A stretch of DNA of 64,000 nt from an uncultured Gemmatimonadales bacterium (GCA_963783385.1 CAWANJ010000003.1:32001-96000); one strand, 5' to 3'; shown: positions 40,899-51,845, numbered from the stretch's first letter. Numbers and translations are program-made. Notes: generated from the letters alone by a model not told the origin.

Positions 40899-42847
40899 GC
40901 CACACCTCCCGTCACGGCGAGCCGATCTCGGATCACCTCGTGGATGCTGCCCGGGCGGAGCGGCTCCGCCATCACCCGGGTCCAGCAGTCCACGTCCACC
41001 AGGGTCTGTGCCCGCAGCAGCCAGGCGAGCTGGCCGCGGCGCCGGTTCTCCGGCGTGATGAACGGATCGTCGGGCTCGTCGCTGTAGTTGATCTCCACGG
41101 TCATGACGCGGCCGAAGCGGCCGAACATCTCGGTCAGGCCGGGCGGCAGGGGGGACAGGAACGTGAGGTGGGTCGAGGACACGGACAGTCCCTCGGCCCG
41201 GGCACGGTCCACCGCTTCCTCGATGGCCCCCTTGGTCGAGCCCCACCCCACCACGAGCAGGTCGCCCGAAGCCTCGCCGTACATCGGGGGCGGCGTCAGC
41301 GTGCTCTGCAGCACGGCCAGCTTGCGGCTCCTCGCGCGCGAGGACCTCTGGTTGATCTGCGGGTCGTAGGCGACGTGGCTCTCCTCGTCGTGCGCCAGTC
41401 CCGTGGCCGTGAACTGCCCGCCCTGCTGACCGGGGATGAAGCGCCTGGACAGGCCGGTGCGCGGATCCCACTCGTACGGCCGCGCTCCGTCGGGAACGGC
41501 GCTCTGGTCGGGGGGCGATCCCTGCCACTCGGCCCTCGGCTCGGGCCGGGGGAAGGGCTGGACGCCGGTGGCCAGGTTGGCGTCGGAGAGGACGATGACG
41601 ACGGTCCGGAAGGTCTCGGCGATGCGGCGGGCGAGCACCATCGAATGGAAGCACTCCTCGATGGTGGCCGGCGCCAGCACCACGTGGGGGGCGTCACCCG
41701 GCTGCCCGAACACGGCGGCCAGCAGGTCCGACTGCTCCACCCGCGTCGGGAGCCCGGTGCTGGGGCCGCCCCGCTGGACGTCCACGACCACCAGCGGGGT
41801 CTCCGTCATGATCGCCAGGCCCAGGAACTCGGTCTTGAGGGCCATGCCGGGGCCCGAGGTGATCGTGAAGGCGGTCTTGCCCGAGAACGAGGCGCCGATG
41901 GCCACGCCGGCCGCCGCGATCTCGTCCTCGGCCTGGTGGAGGATCCCGCCGTAGTCCTGGAAGATCTCGGCCAGGTAGTGCGACACGGAGGAGGCCGGCG
42001 TGATCGGGTACATCGACGCCAGCTCGAGCCCGGCCGCGATGGCGCCGAGGGCGATGGCCTGGTTCCCGTTCATGACCACCTTGGCTGCGTCGTCGGGCGT
42101 CGGAGGCACCTCGACCTGGAAGTCCAGGTGCCCTTCGGCCCACCGCATCCCCCGGTCGAGGAGCTCGACGTTGCGGCGAGTGATGTCGTCGTCCTTCTTG
42201 GCGAACCGGCGCGCAATGGCGCCCTCCAGGAGCTCCCGGTCCCGGCCGTAGATGGTGGACAACACGCCGAGCGCGAACATGTTCTTGCCGCGCCGGGCGT
42301 CGTCCACCACCTCGAGGCACTCCTTCTCCATGGGGACGGGGATGATCCGGTAGTCGGCCGAGCCGAGCTCTTCCATGGCCGCGGACCACTGGTCGCGGAT
42401 GTCCGGGTCGTCGTGCTCCTTCCACATGTCCTCGAGGAGGATCGTGGCGTCGGGGGCCAGGGCGCCGGCCCGGTGACGCGCCAGGAGCACCTGTTCGTTG
42501 AAGGCGATCACCAGGTTGGTGTAGTCGCCCCAGTTGGTCATCTCCCGGGAGCCGAGCCGGATCCGGTTGCCGGAGGCGCCCGCCGGGCTTCGGGCCGGCG
42601 GCTCGATCTCGGCGGGAATGATCTCGACCGTCCACACGCCGTTCCCCATGCGGGCCGAGACGGTGCCGAAGATCTTCCCGCACGTCTGGGCGCCCTCGCC
42701 GGAATCGGACACGATCTCGACAATGTGCTGGTCCAGGCGGTGCACGGTCCTGCCATCGGCTTCCCGATGGGCCTGCGCATCGGCGCGAGGGCCGACCGTA
42801 GCCTTTGCCGGAGCGGCGTCGCCGCGGGTCTCGGTGGGCGTGGTCAT
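40895..42847 (-). CDS. korA: 2-oxoacid:ferredoxin oxidoreductase alpha subunit (gamma-alpha fusion)
   Basis: YPITPAS, QAEDEIAA, TSGPG, QRGGPSTGLPT. Confidence 0.88.
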   Translation of the reverse strand: MTTPTETRGDAAPAKATVGPRADAQAHREADGRTVHRLDQHIVEIVSDSGEGAQTCGKIFGTVSARMGNGVWTVEIIPAEIEPPARSPAGASGNRIRLGSREMTNWGDYTNLVIAFNEQVLLARHRAGALAPDATILLEDMWKEHDDPDIRDQWSAAMEELGSADYRIIPVPMEKECLEVVDDARRGKNMFALGVLSTIYGRDRELLEGAIARRFAKKDDDITRRNVELLDRGMRWAEGHLDFQVEVPPTPDDAAKVVMNGNQAIALGAIAAGLELASMYPITPASSVSHYLAEIFQDYGGILHQAEDEIAAAGVAIGASFSGKTAFTITSGPGMALKTEFLGLAIMTETPLVVVDVQRGGPSTGLPTRVEQSDLLAAVFGQPGDAPHVVLAPATIEECFHSMVLARRIAETFRTVVIVLSDANLATGVQPFPRPEPRAEWQGSPPDQSAVPDGARPYEWDPRTGLSRRFIPGQQGGQFTATGLAHDEESHVAYDPQINQRSSRARSRKLAVLQSTLTPPPMYGEASGDLLVVGWGSTKGAIEEAVDRARAEGLSVSSTHLTFLSPLPPGLTEMFGRFGRVMTVEINYSDEPDDPFITPENRRRGQLAWLLRAQTLVDVDCWTRVMAEPLRPGSIHEVIRDRLAVTGGVA

Positions 42848-42910
42848 GCCTGATTCCTGGCTGAGGTCCTGGGGTACGCGCAGCGGTCAAAGGCCGACCC
42901 GACCGCGCCC

Positions 42911-42933
42911 CGTATGGGGAAATTCCCCACACG
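42911..42933. promoter_or_regulatory. Palindromic box CGTATGGGGAAATTCCCCACACG
   Basis: 11-bp arms with one mismatch, between the divergent korA and Cys-rich ORF; related boxes at 43845 and 45754. Confidence 0.6.
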
Positions 42934-43113
42934 GCCGTGCGTAGACAGCCCTACCGCGTGCGGGGGATTTCCCGGCTGGTTCGTTCCCGTCGGGCCGGCG
43001 TAGCTTGACCTACCGGTCCGAGGTCGTCGCCCACCGGCGGCCATGCGACCGGAGGTAGGCGGCGGGCCGATCGGGTCCGCCGGAGGCCGGGAGCTCCAGG
43101 CGAGGGTCCCCCC

Positions 43114-43348
43114 ATGAGGATGTACAGAGCGTACTGCTCGGCTTGTGATCGTCCGGTTCGCGTGATCCCGATCTCCGAGTTCCCCGAGGGGGTTCGTCCG
43201 GAGCATGCCTCCGAGACGTCCGTGGTCTGTCTGGATTACGGAGAGGAGTGCACGGGCGCGCTCTGCCCGCTGTTCGAGGTCCCGACCTCCGAGAATGCGT
43301 TCCCTGCTCGAGCGCGCACAGGCCCTGGAGGGCTCGCGGGGCTCCTGA
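43114..43348 (+). CDS. Small 5-Cys protein (probable frameshift near 43293)
   Basis: RAYCSACDRPVRV...CLDYGEECTGALCPLFEVP. Confidence 0.65.
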
Positions 43349-43404
43349 GAGAGCCCCGTCACCGCCGTAACGCCGGAGGCCGCGGGTGGATGGCGTCATC
43401 GTTC

Positions 43405-43710
43405 CTACCGCCACCACAGGATCCACCGGCGGATCTCCCGGGCCAGCGACACCCGCCGGCCCATCTCGACAATGCGTCCGGACTCTTCCAGCGTGCTCGC
43501 CTCGCCAGACTTCCTCTCTCCCGGGAGGAACTCCAGGTAGTCGAGCCACCGGTCCTCGGGCACCCGCGCCAGCACGCAATCCCGGGGTCGGCAAAGGTCG
43601 TCGTGGGGACAGTGCAGCGCGTCCGCGGTGAGCGGCCCGGGCTGCAGCGCTTCGAGGTCGACCTCGACCTCTGAATCGCAGCCGGCGCAGTAAGCGAGGA
43701 CCCTGGCCAT
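43405..43710 (-). CDS. Small 5-Cys protein, apparent paralogue of the 43114 ORF
   Basis: LAYCAGCDSEVEV...CPHDDLCRPRDCVLARVP; GGAGG SD. Confidence 0.65.
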   Translation of the reverse strand: MARVLAYCAGCDSEVEVDLEALQPGPLTADALHCPHDDLCRPRDCVLARVPEDRWLDYLEFLPGERKSGEASTLEESGRIVEMGRRVSLAREIRRWILWWR

Positions 43711-43936
43711 GGCACCCTCCGAGTCGGGCCGGCCAGGGCGTCGCGAGTCCAAGCGCTCGCGAGGCGTGCAGCCGGCGGGGACACTCGTGTTCCATAGAAT
43801 GGCCCTGGCCTTTCGGAGTGTCTGTAAGGAGATGCCACTACACCCGTGTGGGGAAACACCCCGCAATCCCTGTCGTCCCCCCACCCCCTATCGCGTAGGG
43901 AGTGGCGGCGGGCGCGCGACGGGGTTCCCGGCAACC

Positions 43937-44971
43937 GTGTGCGCCCTCCTGGGGATGGCGGCGGGAGGGCTCCTCGGATCGGCGACGGGTGCTCGGGCAT
44001 GGCAGGCCGAACCGCGCCCCCGCTCCGACCTCGAAGCGGCGTTCCGAAACGCCGCACGGATCCCGGCGCTCACGAGCCTGCTCGTGGCCCGGGGCGACAC
44101 CCTCCTCGGGGAGCGCTACTTCCACGGCGGCTCCGCCGGCCGCGTCGTCAACGTGAAGTCCATCTCGAAGAGCGTGGTGTCGGCGCTGGTCGGCATCGCG
44201 ATCGCCGAGGGCGAGCTGGAGGGGACCAACCGGACGGTCGGAGAGCTCCTGCCCGACTATGCTCCCCGGGTATCCGACCCGCGCAAGCGCGCGATCACGG
44301 TGGAGGACCTCCTGTCGATGCGGGCCGGGCTGGCCACCACCAGCTTCGGCGCCTACGGCGCCTGGGTGACCAGCGACGACTGGATCCTCGCCGCCCTGCG
44401 CCGCCCCCTGGAGTGCGAGCCGGGGACCTGCTGGATCTACAGCACCGGCAACTACCACCTCCTGTCGGTGATCCTCACCCGGGCCACCGGGGTGGACACG
44501 CGAACCTACGCCGCGCGCAAGCTGCTCGGCCCCCTGGGCATCCCGGCGCGGCCCTGGGACCGGGATCCGCGTGGTTACTATCTGGGCGGCAACAACATGG
44601 CATTCACCGCCCGGGAGCTCCTGCGCTTCGGCCAGCTCTACCTGGCGGAAGGGCGTTGGAGGGGTCGGCAGGTGGTCCCGGCGGACTGGGTCCGCGGGTC
44701 CCTGCGACCGCTCGTCGTCTCGTCGTTCAACGGCTACGACTACGGATACGGATGGTGGGGACGGCGCCTGGCGGGCGAGGAGGCCTGGTTCGCCTGGGGG
44801 TACGGCGGTCAGTACGTGATCCTGGTGCCGCGCCTCGCCCTGGTGGTCGTGGCCACGGCGGCGCCGGGGCGGGAAGGGAGCTGGCGCGAAGGCGACCGCG
44901 CCCTGTTCGACCTGCTCGAGGAGGAGGTGATCCCGGTGGTGCGTCGCGACCGGTCTCCGCGGGTCCCGTGA
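43937..44971 (+). CDS. Serine hydrolase (beta-lactamase class C / NylB-like); start uncertain
   Basis: KSISKS (SxxK), EDLLSMRAGL, YSTGN, AWGYGGQY. Confidence 0.88.
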   Translation: MCALLGMAAGGLLGSATGARAWQAEPRPRSDLEAAFRNAARIPALTSLLVARGDTLLGERYFHGGSAGRVVNVKSISKSVVSALVGIAIAEGELEGTNRTVGELLPDYAPRVSDPRKRAITVEDLLSMRAGLATTSFGAYGAWVTSDDWILAALRRPLECEPGTCWIYSTGNYHLLSVILTRATGVDTRTYAARKLLGPLGIPARPWDRDPRGYYLGGNNMAFTARELLRFGQLYLAEGRWRGRQVVPADWVRGSLRPLVVSSFNGYDYGYGWWGRRLAGEEAWFAWGYGGQYVILVPRLALVVVATAAPGREGSWREGDRALFDLLEEEVIPVVRRDRSPRVP

Positions 44972-44989
44972 GGGGCCGGCCCACGCACG

Positions 44990-45664
44990 TCACGCCGCGG
45001 GCTTCCGGTACAGCGCGTTGACCACCACCCGGCGGCCCGGGTCCATGCCGACCGTCACCGTCTCGGTGGGCGCGACGGGCTCGAGCCCGCGCTCCGCCAT
45101 CACCCGGTCGAGCTCGTCCGCCTCGAGCAGGTAGAGGCGCCCGACCCCGACCACCTCGCGCACGTGCGCCTCCCCGGGCACCGGCCGGACGCCTTCCCCG
45201 CGCAGGTCGGTGCCCGGCGCGAAGCTGGCGACCAGGAGCAGGCCATCCGGAGCCAGAACGCGCACCACCTCGGACAGGGTTCGCCGCCATTCCTCCTCCG
45301 AGCTCGCCTGGTGCAGGATGCCCAGGGCCACCACCAATCCGAAGGAGTCATCCGCGAAAGCGCCCAGGTCGTCCATGGTGCCGACCCGTGCCCGACGCTT
45401 GGCCTCGGCCGGGTCCAGCACCTCCATCAGCCGCTCGCGGGTCCTCTCGACCATCGGCTCCGAGGCGTCGAGGGCCTGGACATCGAAGCCCCGCTCCGCC
45501 AGGTAGACGGCGTTGCGCCCCGCGGCGCAGCCGAGGTCCAGGACGCGCGTGGCTCCCGGCTCGGTGAAGTCCCCGACGATCTCGACCAGCCTGTGGTCGG
45601 GATTGCGTCCAGCGAACTTCTCCACCTGCTCGGGGCGACTCCAGAACTCGTCCGGCGGGTGCAT
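44990..45664 (-). CDS. Class I SAM-dependent methyltransferase
   Basis: VLDLGCAAGRN, VRVLAPDG. Confidence 0.85.
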   Translation of the reverse strand: MHPPDEFWSRPEQVEKFAGRNPDHRLVEIVGDFTEPGATRVLDLGCAAGRNAVYLAERGFDVQALDASEPMVERTRERLMEVLDPAEAKRRARVGTMDDLGAFADDSFGLVVALGILHQASSEEEWRRTLSEVVRVLAPDGLLLVASFAPGTDLRGEGVRPVPGEAHVREVVGVGRLYLLEADELDRVMAERGLEPVAPTETVTVGMDPGRRVVVNALYRKPAA

Positions 45665-45854
45665 CCCTCCTCCTCGCGTCAGCGCATGGATGGTCGCCCG
45701 GGGTACGCTCGAGGCGTCCTCGTGTTTCGGCCGGCCGATTCGGACCGCGCCCGATGGGAAAACTCCCCACGTACGAGCGGACCGTCCGCCCGACAGACAA
45801 AAGGGGGGCCGCCGCACCAGCTTGAAGGTACCCGGACCACAGCGAGGTGCGTCC

Positions 45855-46247
45855 ATGAGCTACTCGGCTTTCTTCAGCAGCCTCCTCCACTGGATCGCCC
45901 GCGGGATGGAGACCGCCGGCACGCTGATCATCGCCGTGGGCGCGCTGGCGGCCACCGTGACCTTTCTCCGGCTCGCCTTCCGCGCGGGACAGGCCCGCGA
46001 CGCCTACCAGCAGTACCGCGTGGACCTCGGGAGGGCCATCCTCCTCGGGCTCGAGTTCCTGGTGGCCGCCGACATCGTGGGCACGGTCGCCATCGAACCG
46101 ACCTTCCAGAACCTGGGCGTCCTCGCCCTGATCGTGCTCGTGCGCACGGGACTGAGCTTCGCGCTCGAGGTCGAGGTGAACGGCCACTGGCCGTGGCAGA
46201 CGAGCCAGCTGACGCTGAGCTCTTCCAGGACGGAGGAAGCGTCGTGA
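45855..46247 (+). CDS. DUF1622 membrane protein
   Basis: YRVDLGRAILLGLEFLVAADIVGTV...IVLVRTGLSFALEVE..G.WPWQ. Confidence 0.9.
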   Translation: MSYSAFFSSLLHWIARGMETAGTLIIAVGALAATVTFLRLAFRAGQARDAYQQYRVDLGRAILLGLEFLVAADIVGTVAIEPTFQNLGVLALIVLVRTGLSFALEVEVNGHWPWQTSQLTLSSSRTEEAS

Positions 46248-48266
46248 CCAACTTCGAGGCCCTCCGGGCCCGCATGGTCGAGCGAGACCTCCGGGGACGG
46301 GGCATCACGGACGCGCGCGTTCTGGACGCCATGGGGACGGTGCCTCGCGAGGCGTTCGTCGCTTCCGATCTCCGCGAGTTCGCCTACGAGGATGCGCCCC
46401 TCCCCATCGAGGAGGGACAGACCATCTCCCAGCCGTACATCGTGGCACGCATGCTGGAGGCGCTCCGCCTCCGTGGCGGGGAGGCCGTCCTCGACGTGGG
46501 CACGGGGTCGGGCTATGCGGCGGCCGTGCTGGGCCGCATCGCGGGACGCGTGTATACGATCGAGCGTCACGGACCGCTGGCCGGGGTGGCCCGCCAGCGC
46601 TTCGAGGCGCTCGGCTATGACAACATCGAGGTGCGTCACGGGGACGGGTCGCTCGGCTGGGTCGAGCACGCCCCGTTCGGCGGGATCGTGGTGGCGGCCG
46701 GCGGGCCGGAGATTCCGCAGCCGCTCCTGGATCAGCTCGCCGAGGGCGCCAGCCTGGTGGTGCCGGTGGGAGAGACGCTCCGCTCCCAGCGGCTCGTGCG
46801 GGTGGTGCGGCGTCCGGGGGACCGCTTCGAGGCCGAACGTCTGGAGGCCGTGCGCTTCGTGCCGCTGGTCGGGGAGGCGGGCTGGCTGCCGGCCGAGCTC
46901 GCGGCCTCGGAAGGCTCGGCGGCTCTCGAGCCGGTGCTGGCGGCGCCGGCGGCGGGCCTCGGGCCCGACCGGCCCGTGGTGCGGCTGCTCCGGGAGTCGA
47001 GCGAGCCGTTCGATGACATCGGGGAGGCGGAGCTCGGCTCCCTCGTGGAGCGGATCGGTGACGCCCGGATAGTGCTCCTGGGGGAGGCCACTCACGGCAC
47101 GTCGGAGTTCTACCGCATGCGCGCCCGCATCACCCGAGAGCTCATCGAGCGGCGGGGCTTCCGGATCGTGGCCGTGGAGGCCGACTGGCCCGACGCGGCG
47201 AAGATCGACCACTACGCCCGCCTGCGGGAGACGCCGCCGCCCGAGTGGACCGCCTTCACGCGGTTCCCGACCTGGATGTGGAGGAACCGGGAGGTGCGCG
47301 ACTTCGTGGAGTGGTTGCGGAGCTTCAACGCGGAGCGCGAGCCGGAGGACCGCGTGAGCTTCCATGGGCTGGACCTGTACAGCCTGTTCCGCTCCATCGA
47401 GGCCGTGCTCGCGTACCTGGACCGGGTGGACCCGGACACCGCGCGGGTGGCGCGGGCCCGCTACGGCTGCCTGACGCCGTGGGAGCGAGATCCGGCCGTG
47501 TACGGCCGGGCCGCCCTCAACGGGACGTACCGCACCTGCGAGACGGAGGTCGTGCAGATCCTGCGGGACCTGCTGGCGCGCCGGATGGAGTATGCCGGCC
47601 GGGACGGCGAGACCTTCCTGGACGCGGTGCAGAACGCGCGCCTGGTGGCCAACGCGGAGCGCTACTACCGGATCATGTACTACGGGTCGGTGGAGTCGTG
47701 GAACCTGCGCGACCGCCACATGTTCGACACCCTCTCGACCCTCCTCGCCTTCCGCGGCGCCGATGCCCGTGCGGTCGTGTGGGCGCACAACTCCCATGTC
47801 GGGAACGCCGCGGCCACCGAGATGGGTGCGCGCGGCGAGCACAACGTCGGCCAGCTGTGCCGGCAGGACTTCGGGAACGCCGCGTTCCTGGTCGGGTTCG
47901 GGACCGACGCCGGCACGGTGGCGGCGGCCTCGGAGTGGGGCGGGGCCATGGAGATCAAGGACGTGCGGCCCTCGCACCCCGAGAGCTACGAGCGGCTCTT
48001 CCACGAGAGCGGCCTGGAGGCGGCCCTCCTGCATCTGCGCGACCCGGCGCGTCCGGAAGTGCGCACGGAGCTGGAGCCGTCCGCGGCTGGAGCGCGCCAT
48101 CGGCGTCATCTACCGGCCGGAGACGGAGCTGGCCAGCCACTACTTCCAGGCTTCGCTCCCGCACCAGTTCGACGAGTATGTGTGGTTCGACCGGACGCAC
48201 GCCGTGACGCCCCTGGCCGGACCCGAGCTCGAGGGAGTGCCTGAGACGTATCCGTTCGGACTCTAG
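46244..48266 (+). CDS. pcm: Protein-L-isoaspartate O-methyltransferase fused to an erythromycin-esterase domain (frameshift near 48080)
   Basis: GQTISQPYIVA, VGTGSGYAAA; then LLGEATHGTSEFY, EADWPD, WAHNSH, ERAIGVIYRP. Confidence 0.9.
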
Positions 48267-48277
48267 GCCAGACTCGG

Positions 48278-49504
48278 CTACGATCCGACGAGGAGCGCCG
48301 CCGTATCCCGTGCGATCACAAGCTCCTCGTCCGTGGGGATGACCCGAACGTCCGACGCCGCGTCGGGCGACGAGATCACCGGCGCGCCGCGGTGGTTGCG
48401 CTCCGCGTCCAGCCGGACGCCCAGGTAGGCCGCTCCGGCGGCGATCCGGGCCCGGATGGCCGGCGCGTTCTCGCCGATTCCCCCGCTGAACACGAGCGCA
48501 TCGAGGCCTCCGAGGGCGGACGCCATGGCGCCCAGCTGCTTCACCGCCAGGTAGCAGAACAGCTCCACCGCTGCCGCCGCGTCCTCGTCTTCGCCCTCCC
48601 TCTCCAGGAGGCGCCGCATGTCCGGGGAGGACCCCGAAACGCCCAGGAGTCCGGAGCGCCGATTGACCAGCTCGTCGAGCTCGCCGACAGACAGTCCTCG
48701 CTCCCGCAGGAGGTAGAGGAGCACGCCGGGATCCAGGTCCCCGGGCCGCGTGGCCATCATGAGCCCGCCGGCCGGAGTGAAGCCCATGGTGGTATCCACC
48801 GGTCGACCCTCGAGCAGGGCGGCCAGGCTGGCTCCGCTCCCCAGGTGGGCCAGGACGAGGCGACGCGGGAGCCCCGCGGGCCCCGACATCTCCTCCATCC
48901 GGCCCCGCAGGTACTCGTAGGAGAGACCGTGGAAGCCGTAGCGCACCAGGCGGCGGCCGTCGGGCAACGCCGGCAACGGGAGGCGGTGGGCGACCTCCGG
49001 CATGTCCCGGTGGAACGCCGTGTCGAAGCAGGCGACCTGCGGGAGGCCACGGAAGGCATCGGCCGCCGCCCGCATGACCGACAGCTCGGCGGGCAGGTGG
49101 TCCGGCGCTAGCGGAACCAGCGCCTCGAGCGCGTCCAGCACCTCTCCGGTGATCCGGAGCGGCTCCACGAAGCGCTCGCCGCCGTGGACGATGCGGTGCC
49201 CGACCGCGTCGGGGCGCGCCCCGAGCGGCCCGCAGGAGTCCGAGGCGGGGCCTGCCAGCCAGTCGAGGATGGCGGCCAGGGCCCGGCGGTGGTGGGCGGC
49301 GTCGGGAGGGGCTGCCTCCGCGCCGGCGAGCGGCACCACGTTGATCGTCCGACCCGCCCCGTCCTCGATGCGGAGCTCGGCGTGCGGGCCTCCCAGGCCG
49401 GAAGCCCGTCCGGCCAGGAGTCGCTCCTCGCGCGCACCCATCCTGTGGAGGGAGAAACGGAGGCTCGAGGATCCGGCGTTCAGCGTGAGGATCCGCGGCC
49501 CCAT
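48278..49504 (-). CDS. ackA: Acetate/propionate kinase
   Basis: LNAGSSS, GHRIVHGG, FDTAFH, YGFHGLSY, AHLGSGAS, GGIGEN, TDEE. Confidence 0.93.
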   Translation of the reverse strand: MGPRILTLNAGSSSLRFSLHRMGAREERLLAGRASGLGGPHAELRIEDGAGRTINVVPLAGAEAAPPDAAHHRRALAAILDWLAGPASDSCGPLGARPDAVGHRIVHGGERFVEPLRITGEVLDALEALVPLAPDHLPAELSVMRAAADAFRGLPQVACFDTAFHRDMPEVAHRLPLPALPDGRRLVRYGFHGLSYEYLRGRMEEMSGPAGLPRRLVLAHLGSGASLAALLEGRPVDTTMGFTPAGGLMMATRPGDLDPGVLLYLLRERGLSVGELDELVNRRSGLLGVSGSSPDMRRLLEREGEDEDAAAAVELFCYLAVKQLGAMASALGGLDALVFSGGIGENAPAIRARIAAGAAYLGVRLDAERNHRGAPVISSPDAASDVRVIPTDEELVIARDTAALLVGS

Positions 49505-49583
49505 GGCCGGCGCTCCCGCGCTTTCCGTCGATCCGGAGTGCGGGCCCCGGCCCCCGGACGGCATCCGTGCCTCCCTCAGGCTC

Positions 49584-50877
49584 TCAGCCGGGCTTCCGGT
49601 AGAGCTCGTGGACGAGCCCGATGCGGCCGGAGGCGAACCCGTGCGCCGAGCCCGCCATGTACAGTCGCCACACCCGGTACGTGGGCCGACCCACCATGGC
49701 GATGGCCTCGTCGCGCACGGCCTCGAGCCGTCGTACCCAGTGACGGAGGGTCGTGGCGTAGTGCTCCCGCAGGCTCATCACGTCCCGCGTTTCGAACCCC
49801 ACCGCCTCGGCCGGCGCCAGGCGCTCGCCCGCCGTGACCAGCTCGCCGTCGGGGAACACGTGGCCCTCGATGAAGCTCGTCCAGCGGTGGAAGAGCCGCT
49901 CGCGCAGGCGCCGGAGCCACGGCCGGGTGCTGTCCAGAGTGATGATGCCCTGGTCCAGGAAAAGGCCCCTCGGCTGCAGCTGCCGGAAGGTCGCCGAGAA
50001 GAACTCGGGTAGGTTCCGGCGCCCCACGTGCTCGACCATCCCCACGCTGACGATGGCGTCGAAGCGCTCGTCGTCCGGGAGGTCTCGGTAGTCCATGACC
50101 CGGATCTCGCACCGGTCGGACAGGCCCTCCTCGGCCAGCCGCTCCTGCGCGAAGCGGGCCTGGGGCTCGCTCAGGGTGATGCCGGTGGCCCGAACCCCGA
50201 AGCGCTCGGCGGCGAAGCGCACGAATCCGCCCCACCCGCACCCAATGTCGAGGAGGCGCTGCCCCGGCTCCAGTCGGAGCTTCCGGCACAGGAGCTCCAG
50301 CTTGGCCTCCTGTGCCCGCTCGAGCGACTCGTCGCCGCCGGGGAAGTAGCCGCAGGAGTACTGCATGTACGGATCGAGCCACAGCGCGTAGAACTCGTTC
50401 CCGAGATCGTAGTGGTAGCGCACCGAGCTGGCGTCCCGATCGCGCGAGTGGAGCTTACCGCGCCTCGACGGGCTTTCGCGGCGTCGCTCGGTGGGGGACG
50501 GCGTGGCGGCCGCGCGGCGCTCCGCCCGGGTCGAGGGAAGCCCGCGGAGCTCCGCCGCCAGCCTCGCCAGCCCGGACGGAGACCACAGGCTCTCGAAGGA
50601 CGGGCTCGACCGTGGCGACCACGAGCTCCAGGTCGCCCTCGACGTCGCAGTCGCCGAAAACGTAGGCTTCCCCGAGCGAGCGCTCGGTGGGAGGGAGGAG
50701 CATACTGCGGAGCGCGCCCGGCCAGCCCAGGACCAGGGTGAACGGGGCGCCGGTGGGGCCCTCCGTGTCGCCGGTCCAGAAGCGGACCGAGAAGTCACGC
50801 CCTGCCGGAGAGCCGAACAGCTTTTCGAGGATCCTCCGGGTCCGATCGAGGTCGGGTGGGGCGGCGCGGGTGGGCAT
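49584..50877 (-). CDS. cfa: Cyclopropane-fatty-acyl-phospholipid synthase (frameshift near 50600)
   Basis: YHYDLGNEFYALWLD, YSCGYF, LDIGCGWG, SVGMVEHVG, VFPDG. Confidence 0.9.
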
Positions 50878-51021
50878 GTGCGCCGCGCCTCCCGAGAGGG
50901 GGCGCCGGCGTCCCTGTGGAGCGGTTCCGACGGATGCGTTTCGCATGGTCACCTCCCGACCGGGCGGCTTGCAAGGGCCGCACCGGGAGGTCGGCGTCCG
51001 ACGCTGCGTCGCCCTCCGGCG

Positions 51022-51805
51022 TCAACTCCAGTGTTTGCGGCCGAACGTCTCCACGCTCTCCTGCCGGGCATACACCACCTTGGCGAGCCCGAAGAGACGC
51101 AGGATCTGGATGTACATCCAGCCGATGTCGAACTCCCACCAGTGCGCCTTGAACTTGGCCGAGCGCGGGTCGGCGTGGTGGTTGTTGTGGAGCTCCTCGC
51201 CCAGGATCCAGATCCCCCACGGATAGATGTTGTAGCTGTGGTCCTTGGTCCTGAAGTTCCGGTAGCCCTTGGCGTGGCCGATGCCGTTGATCACGCCCCC
51301 GAAGATCGGCATCCAGAATGCTCATGGCCGACCACACGATGAGCCCGACGAGCGGACCGAACAGGAAGGCGTCCACGAGGAGCATGATCAGGAGGCCGAG
51401 GGACCGGTGGCGCGAGTACACATGGCGCTCCATCCAGTCCTCCGGGCACCCGTCGCCGTACTTGTCCAGTAGCTCCTGGTCCTGCGCCGCCTTCCGGTAG
51501 AAGAACACGTTGGCCAGCAGGATCGGCCACAGACCTTCCACCTCGGGGGAGTGCGGGTCGCCCTCGCGGTCCGCGAACGCGTGGTGCTTGCGGTGCACCG
51601 CCACCCACTCCCGGGTCACGATGGCCGTGGTCAGCCACAGCCAGAAACGCATGACGTGCTCGGCGAGCGGGCTGAAGCGCACGCCGCCATGGGTCATGCT
51701 GCGGTGCAGATACAGCGTGTTGCAGATGTTGGTGATGTGACCCAGGACCACGATCCACAGGACCGGAACCCACCAGGGATGTGCGAGAACGCCGTAGCCA
51801 GGCAC
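51022..51805 (-). CDS. Delta-9 acyl-lipid/CoA fatty-acid desaturase (frameshift near 51320)
   Basis: His boxes YLHRSMTH, WVAVHRKHH and GEELHNNHHADP. Confidence 0.9.
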
Positions 51806-51845
51806 GAGCCTCCCCTTGTGCGGTAACTCGAAAAGCAGAACTTCC

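Noticed and set aside
45164-48244. 1026-aa ORF, and many long antisense or alternate-frame Arg/Pro/Gly-rich ORFs across the window
   Set aside because: Shadow ORFs from GC-rich codon usage. The real Pcm start is GTG at 46244.
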